In this document: piece by piece, positions 20,979 through 28,426 of the stretch
Layout: each line of letters starts with the position of its first letter
How positions within the stretch are numbered: position 1 is the stretch's first letter
DNA from: Amoeboradix gromovi X-113
Taxonomy: Eukaryota > Fungi > Sanchytriomycota
Assembly: GCA_018985225.1 (NCBI GenBank)
Contig: JADGIF010000012.1
Coordinates: 10,896 to 42,895 of the forward strand
Reading direction: 5' to 3'
DNA: 32,000 bases
Program-made: the position numbers and the translations under genes
The notes under the pieces: generated by a model
What the model was told of the DNA's origin: nothing
The model's input: the letters and a program-made list of their open reading frames with translations, nothing else
Databases searched by the model: none

Positions 20979-22652
20979 CTAGGTATGGTCTTTATAGTTT
21001 ATAGGTATTCCGAGGGACTCCAGTATGTTTCTATGTTCAGTTTTTAGTATATGTAGTTCGTATTGCCATGATGTTTCTTTATTGGGATTAAATGCAGAAA
21101 ATACATCCTCTAGCTCTGAGCTAAGTACAGGACGTACTCCAAAGAACTGAACATCTAGTTTATGGGGAGGGCTTTTGACTGGTGTCATTTTATGGAATAT
21201 GTATGCCACAATAGGTGTAAACCCTCGGGAAGGAGAATTCAATTCATTTGCGATATTAACCGGGTAATAAAACCCACCAGGAAAGAATACAGACTCTACC
21301 CATTTAAATTCAGTTTTGTATCTAATTCTGTAAAACATATAGCATATTTTGCCTTCCAGTACACCATTTAATCCAAATCTAACATTTTCATAGTCCTCAT
21401 CGTGTACGAAATCTAACAAGCATTTTCCAAATAATTGATAGGACCTCATTCCGAAGAGCTCTTCGGTAGCCTTCCGCGGCGTGTTCACAAGAAATATACC
21501 CTTGGCAGTGATTTTAGACCATAATGAGGATTCTCCAAATCCACCAAAAGAGTCCAAGTCAGCAAAGTTTAGAGTCGGAAGATACTGCTCCCTAGCTGTC
21601 AAAACCATCAGCCTCTTACCTTTAGGTCTTTCGCATATCATGCCTAAATTAGTCATTAAGTTACACTTGCCTTGAACTCCTAGCCATGTATAACCAGACA
21701 TCTTCCGATTGAATCTGAATATCATATTAATGGGTTGATCAGCCATATGCGGAAGGCTTTTGAATTCTCTCATAATACCTACCCAGTCTCCAGAATGACA
21801 AAATTCACTCAAGTTCTTGTTTAATATCTCACTGGAGCTATACTCAAACAATTGCAAGCAAGCGTCATTTATGTGTATAAATTGACCTTTGACAGACAAG
21901 CAAAAGAGATAGGGAATATTTTGCGTGAGTATTTGATAAAATTCTGATTTGAGATCCTGATCTGGTTCTGCAGACATCATTTCTGCAATGTACGGTTTTA
22001 AGGTATCAGTGTCATCCATTTTACCAAACCTGTATTTTTCTTCCTCTGCAACAACCACCTCTTGGGGGCTTTCAATAAGATTAGATTTGTCTAGTTGGTA
22101 ATTCATGACATAAATGCCATCTTTCATGCTTTTCATAACATTATAAGGCTGCTCTATTAGACTGACTTGGAATCCAATAAATAGATCTAATGGCCCATCG
22201 TCTGTTGATGATATTGGGATTATACTTATGAAACTTAAAAATGGTTCACCGCCTTTTTTATAATTTATAAGAGAGTGTTGCCCTTCGCTTAGTGCATCTA
22301 TATCCTTTTTCATTTGGTATACGACGTTGTTATCCGTATACCTACGCCTTGAGCCTAATGTTACTAAACCATCTGGCTCGGTAGATACAGACTGCAAAAA
22401 ACGACAGTTCTGTCCTACACACTCAGCAGCAGTATAACCTGTTAGTTCTTCAAATGCGTGACTAACGTATACAATTGGACAATCGGGTTTTGTGTTATCC
22501 GTTATGCAAAATGAGCAACTCATGTCCACAGGTCCCAAACTTATTGTTGGATTCTTTCTATAATAGGTTCTAGCCAATAGGCTCATAATGTCATATCCAG
22601 TATGGCTGTATATATGTAAACCTGTAGTTGGAAATGCGGGTGAATTTGACAT
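20979..22652 (-). CDS. wc-1: White Collar-1-like blue-light receptor (LOV + PAS + PAS), no GATA zinc finger
   Basis: N-cap IYSHTGYDIMSLL..R.NP.I.LGPVDMSCSF, LOV motif GQNCRFLQ with the photoactive Cys, INYKKGGEPF, two PAS domains and TSWQYEL. First ATG is at 22652 (the ORF track starts at an upstream TTG). Confidence 0.92.
   Translation of the reverse strand: MSNSPAFPTTGLHIYSHTGYDIMSLLARTYYRKNPTISLGPVDMSCSFCITDNTKPDCPIVYVSHAFEELTGYTAAECVGQNCRFLQSVSTEPDGLVTLGSRRRYTDNNVVYQMKKDIDALSEGQHSLINYKKGGEPFLSFISIIPISSTDDGPLDLFIGFQVSLIEQPYNVMKSMKDGIYVMNYQLDKSNLIESPQEVVVAEEEKYRFGKMDDTDTLKPYIAEMMSAEPDQDLKSEFYQILTQNIPYLFCLSVKGQFIHINDACLQLFEYSSSEILNKNLSEFCHSGDWVGIMREFKSLPHMADQPINMIFRFNRKMSGYTWLGVQGKCNLMTNLGMICERPKGKRLMVLTAREQYLPTLNFADLDSFGGFGESSLWSKITAKGIFLVNTPRKATEELFGMRSYQLFGKCLLDFVHDEDYENVRFGLNGVLEGKICYMFYRIRYKTEFKWVESVFFPGGFYYPVNIANELNSPSRGFTPIVAYIFHKMTPVKSPPHKLDVQFFGVRPVLSSELEDVFSAFNPNKETSWQYELHILKTEHRNILESLGIPINYKDHT
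21644..21664 (-). other. Probable in-frame 21-nt intron in wc-1
   Basis: GTAACTTAATGACTAATTTAG has the same CTAAT-TTAG 3' end as the other tiny introns; removal shortens the QGK...KGKR segment toward the usual WC-1 PAS-B spacing. Confidence 0.7.
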
Positions 22653-22802
22653 TCCGTGTTTAAAAAATTGTGTACCTGGCAAATACCATTTAATTTCATT
22701 CTTACTAGTTATAGAGATTAAGTATTGTAGGCTCCAACACAAGATACAACAACAAATAAAGACTCAAGATTTCTTTAAAGTAGTAAATGTAAAAAATGAT
22801 AT

Positions 22803-23222
<420 letters not shown>

Positions 23223-23759
23223 TTAAACGTGAGGCAACCAATAAAATTCGATGAAACATATTCCGAAAATAAGATTTTAAATGGGACACCAAATATAAAA
23301 ACTAGACTCTCGTTTTTAAAGGTGCACCATACGGAGGAAATACTATCATTTATAAAAGATCTTCTATTAAACCAAATTTCTTTCATTAATTCCATTCCTC
23401 TTTTCAAAATAAAACTAGAAATGAGGTCTTGAGCATCTAAGTAAAAGGTGCATTTTCTTGGACGGTACTCTTTTCTAGAGTCATTTTGTAATGTTGTACT
23501 AACATCATTACTCCTATCTATTCTAGTATTTACAGAGTAATAGTGATTTTTTTTGAAATAAAGATTGTATGAAAGAGTAAGAGAATAGCTGTACAGAATA
23601 TTTATTTTCCTTTTATACTCTTCAACTCTGCAACTAGCTGAATGTCCACTCGCCTCTTAAATCCATAAAATTAATAAAGCTGAAATAATGTGCCAAGTTG
23701 TTACAGAAAGTTAGTCCAGTTTTTATATTTTATGATTTTAAATGTTTATTTACACAGGA

Positions 23760-24425
23760 TTAAATAGAGTTCTCTATAGATAAAATGAGGTCAAGTACTT
23801 GAAATCGTTGTTGAATATACTCAGAGCAGTCGAAATCTTGATCCTTATCTGCCAAACTAATAATTATACGTAATTCATCTCGGAGCCATAAAAGGGCTTT
23901 GTCTTCCTTTTCTCCCATAAAAGATTTGATAGGAATAGCATTTTGTAGATTGTATCCAAAATTATGTATGGTATTGTCCACTGCAATAACGTGAGTTCCC
24001 TTCGCAATTATGTCATGAATCAACTTGAAGTAAATGTTTGCAAAAAAGTAGCAATGCTTTCTAGTTAAGATTAAAGTGAAATATTTTTTTAAATCCAAAA
24101 TATCAAGAACAGCCTTTGCATAGCTCTCTTCGGCTGATGTAAACAGAATTAAATCACAACTATAAGACATTTCTTCCAAAAATTCTTTTACAAATGGCCT
24201 AGCACTGCTATCTAATGTTACAGGATCTCTGCAATGCAATAGACACTCATCCATATCTAGGACCAAGGTGAATTGTTTTTTTGGAACATAATCATAAACT
24301 ATTTTCGGTATATACAATTTCGGAATGCAAGATAATGCCTGGTATGTTGTGTTAACATCAAAATGCATCCAGTTTATTTCTTCTTTTCCATCCTTTATAT
24401 TAATTTCAGTATGCTCTTGAATCAT
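23760..24425 (-). CDS. FCP1/SCP (NIF) family HAD phosphatase
   Basis: TLVLDMDECLLH (DxDx motif), RPFVKEFL, ILFTSAEESYA, VDN, NAIPIKSF...D..L. Confidence 0.85.
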   Translation of the reverse strand: MIQEHTEINIKDGKEEINWMHFDVNTTYQALSCIPKLYIPKIVYDYVPKKQFTLVLDMDECLLHCRDPVTLDSSARPFVKEFLEEMSYSCDLILFTSAEESYAKAVLDILDLKKYFTLILTRKHCYFFANIYFKLIHDIIAKGTHVIAVDNTIHNFGYNLQNAIPIKSFMGEKEDKALLWLRDELRIIISLADKDQDFDCSEYIQQRFQVLDLILSIENSI

Positions 24426-24441
24426 TTAACTGACGAAACAA

Positions 24442-24927
24442 ATGGGAGCGTTACGTCAACTATGTGCAGAGATTGTTTTTTACAGTAACAACATCGATAA
24501 GCTGAGGTTTTACTCTGACTTCTCAAAAGGTGCTTGTGATGCTTTCAATGCTACTACTTCCGGAATAATTCATTTGCCTCGTAAAATGAAATATTATACC
24601 GTACTGAAATCTGTCTTCAAATACAAGCAATCTCAAGAAACATTTGAAAGCAGAACGTACAGAAGAATGATAAAAGTGTACAACACTCATCCAGAAACAT
24701 TAAAAAAGTTGTTGTTTTATATTAACGACAACTCCGTAGATGGTGTAAAAGTAAAAACCAATCAATATTTCTATGAGGACGATAAACTAATTGAAAAAAT
24801 GGACAGCGAATGTGACGCTCTGCTAGATTCCAAAAAGGCATGGCTTCCTACTAAAGAACCGGAAGATCCAAATATTATGATCCAAAAGTATCTTGAACTG
24901 AAAGAGAAGGACAGAAGTCAATTTTAA
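24442..24927 (+). CDS. RSM10: Mitochondrial ribosomal protein uS10m
   Basis: GIIHLPRKMKYYTVLKSVFKYKQSQETFESRTYRRMI matches the S10 signature GP..LP....TVL.SP...K.SQE.FE..T..R.I. Confidence 0.85.
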   Translation: MGALRQLCAEIVFYSNNIDKLRFYSDFSKGACDAFNATTSGIIHLPRKMKYYTVLKSVFKYKQSQETFESRTYRRMIKVYNTHPETLKKLLFYINDNSVDGVKVKTNQYFYEDDKLIEKMDSECDALLDSKKAWLPTKEPEDPNIMIQKYLELKEKDRSQF

Positions 24928-24929
24928 CT

Positions 24930-25254
24930 GAATAAATTATTTATCATGATTAAATCAATTTAGCCTTTCCATTACTTCTTTTTTCAGAGCCTGTAATTTA
25001 GCAGAAATATGACATCCAGCCCTTATCATTAAGACAAGCGTCTAGGTAATCTACCGGAATAAGCCATGTCTAAAGTCTTCACTAGTGGATATATAATATA
25101 TCCCTGCATGAAGAAAATGGAGAAATATTGCTGCAATTGAATGAAGCCTCAGAGTAACTGAAGAGTAAGCGGCTGCTCAAACGGACTGAATAGCGCTGTC
25201 AGTTTCTCTGTGGGAGTTCTTGACTTTGCAGGAAACCAGGTCTTAAATGAGGAG
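24930..25254 (+). mobile_element. Internally deleted IS607-type/Fanzor2 element, copy B (325 bp)
   Basis: Left end GAATAAATTATTTATCATGATT; weak HTH-like remnant VI*QKYDIQPLSLRQ (24993-25037); right-end block 25146-25254 ending GAGGAG. Confidence 0.75.
25146..25254 (+). ncRNA. Putative Fanzor omegaRNA scaffold / element right end, copy B
   Basis: 91/99 nt identical to copy C and 68/99 to copy A, both ungapped; GC-rich island in AT-rich DNA. Confidence 0.6.
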
Positions 25255-25304
25255 TTTAAATAAATCTAGTATTTTTAAGAACTCCCCATTTTAAAACATC
25301 GTCA

Positions 25305-26024
25305 ATGGTAAATAGGTTGCTTGTTAAGTCTGATAATTCTGCAGTTATTGTAAAACAGATACTAGAGAAAATCCCAGGCGCAAAGGCATCTTTTTTTAAA
25401 AGTAGCAAGAATGAAATTCTACAAGACTTTATTATGGAGTTTGAATCTAAAGAAGATTTGATAAAATTTAGCAGAGATACAGAGCTTGTTGTTTACAGCA
25501 TCGGTGCTGGAAGGGAAGTTGTAACGGAAACTCCATACAGCAGAATAGTGGTTTCTAATCCAGCAATTGTACCATCAAATCTCAACAATGTAATCAAAAC
25601 TAAATACGACCCTAAAGCCCTCCTTCCATTGTCACCCATTGATACCGTTTTTGCAATATTTATTCCTAACGTCTTTTTAACATTTACCAATCCGAATGTT
25701 TTTGATTATAAATTGTTTGGAGCGGATATTTATACAGACGACAGCGATGTGGTAGCAATTTCTATACATACTAATCAATTTGTAGCTGCAGATATTTCTC
25801 CATTTTCTCCAGAGTTAAGAGGCGATAATGAAATTGGAATTAAACGCGAGTTTCTTGACCATTCACCAAAATACCCTGACTTTCATCTAATAGTACTTCT
25901 TCAAGTCACTTATCCATTGAAAGTATATCATCCGTTGTTCAGAAATGATATTCCATCTCGAGGTTTTGCGCTTCATGATGGAAATAGTATTACGGTTATT
26001 AGATCTCACAAAGAGCTGATTTAA
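25305..26024 (+). CDS. RXT3: Rxt3-domain protein (Rpd3L histone deacetylase complex subunit-like)
   Basis: LFGADIYTDDSDVVAISIH and the C-terminal SRGFALHDGNS match the Rxt3 motifs LWGTDIYTDDSD...H and SR.W...HDG.S. Confidence 0.8.
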   Translation: MVNRLLVKSDNSAVIVKQILEKIPGAKASFFKSSKNEILQDFIMEFESKEDLIKFSRDTELVVYSIGAGREVVTETPYSRIVVSNPAIVPSNLNNVIKTKYDPKALLPLSPIDTVFAIFIPNVFLTFTNPNVFDYKLFGADIYTDDSDVVAISIHTNQFVAADISPFSPELRGDNEIGIKREFLDHSPKYPDFHLIVLLQVTYPLKVYHPLFRNDIPSRGFALHDGNSITVIRSHKELI

Positions 26025-26050
26025 TAAATAAAAATTTACAGTCAATGCAC

Positions 26051-26159
26051 CTCATCATTCAAGACCTGGTTTCCTGCAGAGTCAAGAACCCCCACAGGGA
26101 AACTGACAGCGCTATTCAGTCCGTTTGAGCAGCCGCTTACTCTTCAATTACCTTGAGAT
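26051..26159 (-). ncRNA. Putative Fanzor omegaRNA scaffold / element right end, copy C
   Basis: Directly 3' of the DRD..NI remnant; near-identical to copy B with a compensatory T-A to C-G pair. Confidence 0.6.
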
Positions 26160-26424
26160 GAGAGTAAATAAGTATCAGCTATATGTTCGTCGCCGAAATA
26201 TTGTCTCTATCTACCTATAAATCACATTTTTTAAATGCATATGTCTCCAAGCTGTTCACACATTCAAATTTTGAATAGTATGTGCTTTATACATTTTGGC
26301 AAAGCTTTTCTGCCAATTTCCATAAATAAGGAAAGAGAGTAACGAGTTTCATTTTACTAAAAACACTAGAAAACAAGGCTATTAGAGCGATAGAATTCAT
26401 CGAATCACGATAGATAATTTATTC
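26051..26424 (-). mobile_element. Internally deleted IS607-type/Fanzor2 element, copy C (374 bp)
   Basis: Minus strand: left end GAATAAATTATCTATCGTGATT, Fanzor remnant NSLETYAFKKCDL*VDRDNISATNI* (26256-26179), then the right-end block ending GATGAG. Confidence 0.85.
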
Positions 26425-26433
26425 AACAAAAAT

Positions 26434-26859
26434 TTAAACTGCTCCAGAAGGCAACTGGACCTCTTTCCAGTCATCTTTAATTTTGCGGGAATAAGTAATA
26501 GCGCGATACTTGAAATAGTTTTCTACCACAAACAAGAGAATGAAGATAACGTCAATAATTCTAGTAATGTTTAAACTTGACACTAAGAAGAAAATTGATA
26601 ACAATGACAAGAAATCTATTCCAACGCTGATAATTGATAAGTCGATGTACAATTTTAGAGCGTTTACGGACTGCATTTCTACTGCCAAATATCCTAAGAG
26701 CAACAAGATCATGTCTTGACTCGTGAAGACAATCTCAGCTTGCAAGAGATTTGATATCGCGTAAAATACGACGTTTACAATTAGCAGATTTCTCAAAGCA
26801 CCTTTCATATCGCTTACATGTTGAGGATGGGAAGTCAAGCTTTGGTTTGCTTGATACAT
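26434..26859 (-). CDS. Small multi-pass membrane protein (about 4 TM; weak AGTRAP-like pattern)
   Basis: 141 aa with four hydrophobic stretches; the SVNALKLYIDLSIISVGID segment gives the weak family resemblance. Confidence 0.6.
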   Translation of the reverse strand: MYQANQSLTSHPQHVSDMKGALRNLLIVNVVFYAISNLLQAEIVFTSQDMILLLLGYLAVEMQSVNALKLYIDLSIISVGIDFLSLLSIFFLVSSLNITRIIDVIFILLFVVENYFKYRAITYSRKIKDDWKEVQLPSGAV

Positions 26860-27315
26860 TTATGGCCTAAAATATCACCGGCATAAATGAGACATGCAAT
26901 CAGAAACTGACCCATTCCATTAAAAGGGGTCTTGATTGATGCACATAACAGTTGTCCGGAAGAAATAGCTTCATCAACGTTCATTTCTTGCCGGTGCTGC
27001 AATAACCTTTTGCAACTTGTTCTATTTTTATAGATGCAGTCATGTCTCTATCAAATACAAAGAGAAAATTTGTACATTGATGTTGTCTTTGATCGTTAAC
27101 TGATATTATCTGTTTTGTTAAGGTGTGATGACAATTGCAACGCAACTTTCAAGTTCCAAATTCTGGTGTGTAATAATCACTCTAGCTCTACTAGATATCG
27201 CTTGTATTAGACGTTTATTTGGAACTATGGATTATTTATACAATCAACTAAAATTTATTTATTTGTTTGTTAGCCTACTTAAAAATTTAAAAATTTCGTG
27301 AATTGTCCATTTAGG

Positions 27316-28395
27316 ATGAAATTTACGGGGATCAAGAGAATTGTCAATGATCCAAAAGTCAAAATGATCACATCAAAGCATTATATCCAAAGAACTAGAC
27401 CTGAAAAAGCGTTTTTGAGGGCACATGAGGCCAATGAATGGCTTAACGCTGAAGGAAAGAAGTATTTTTGGGGGCAAGAAAGGCTATTTATTCAAGGAAA
27501 ATTTGAAAGTGAGAATCAACCATTTCCATTTAACAGCTCATTCAAGGTTGAAAATCCTATTGGTGACAAGCTTAAGCAAGAAATATTCGATAGATTCATA
27601 ACTAGACCTGATGTAAATACAGTAGTACAGTTATCTAGTTCTTATAAGCTTTCTATTGACAGGATAAAGGCTATTATTAAGTTGAAATGGTTGGAAAAAG
27701 GCATGGAGACTAAAGGAATTGCTCTTCAACATCATTATCAGGCTTCTATGGACAAGTTATTGAAATCCAAAATGACTGCCAAGGAGATTGAACCTGAATC
27801 CGCATTGAGATTTTACAAAGCAAGAGAAAAACCTATTTTTGTACCTTCTGAGGTGAGTAATATGTCCCCTGATGCTGCTGCGAAAGCTATGCACACTGAT
27901 CCGTTTCAAACAAAAATTGAGAAGATAAGAAGAGCTGCTTCTAAGCCCTTTAGGATTCCTCAATTTCTGTCTGATATGTACTGTCCTACAGTTTTATATT
28001 CCTCTAAACAAGCTAATGACTTAGCGAATACTCTTTCATTATCTTCTGCTTTTACTAAGGATAAACTGACCTCTAAGAAATATGAAATGAATAATTTTTA
28101 TCCAGGTACAGTTCAGTCTGATTCTTCCAATCCTGTGTTTGAGTCTAATGTTAAATGGACTCGTAAACCTAGATTTGCGACTGTCTTTGTAAACATCAGC
28201 TCATCTAAGAGTACTCCAAAAGAGCGCTGGAATCCGGAACAGCAAAAGGAGCATATTGTACCTAGTATCTCGTCTGGAAATATTATAGTACGTGACAGAG
28301 ATGGAGTCTTAAGAACTCCAAATGCCAAAGAATTAAGAAGTCGCGAGAAATGGGGGAAACTGCTAATAAAGCGCAGACTGTATAAGAACTTTTGA
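27316..28395 (+). CDS. Mitochondrial ribosomal protein mS45 (Bot1p/yeast MRPS35)-like
   Basis: QPFPFNSSFK...LKQEIFDRF...VVQLSSSYKLSIDRIKAIIKLKWLEK matches the Bot1p domain; first ATG at 27316. Confidence 0.75.
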   Translation: MKFTGIKRIVNDPKVKMITSKHYIQRTRPEKAFLRAHEANEWLNAEGKKYFWGQERLFIQGKFESENQPFPFNSSFKVENPIGDKLKQEIFDRFITRPDVNTVVQLSSSYKLSIDRIKAIIKLKWLEKGMETKGIALQHHYQASMDKLLKSKMTAKEIEPESALRFYKAREKPIFVPSEVSNMSPDAAAKAMHTDPFQTKIEKIRRAASKPFRIPQFLSDMYCPTVLYSSKQANDLANTLSLSSAFTKDKLTSKKYEMNNFYPGTVQSDSSNPVFESNVKWTRKPRFATVFVNISSSKSTPKERWNPEQQKEHIVPSISSGNIIVRDRDGVLRTPNAKELRSREKWGKLLIKRRLYKNF

Positions 28396-28426
28396 GTAAA
28401 TTAATTTATTTCATTTTTCAAACGTG

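Noticed and set aside
25146-25254. tRNA, 5S rRNA, snRNA or hammerhead ribozyme (CTGAAGA...GAAAC)
   Set aside because: No cloverleaf, T-loop or snRNA signature; the CTGA core is TTGA in copy C; homology to the Fanzor 3' region explains the sequence.
25146-26159. Terminal inverted repeats of a Pack-type DNA transposon that captured RXT3
   Set aside because: No TSD, and each repeat continues outward into its own element with a left end (and, in copy C, a Fanzor remnant). They are two independent right ends, not the TIRs of one element.
26860-27297. Stop-poor frame in a long intergenic gap
   Set aside because: No recognisable protein similarity and no element ends.
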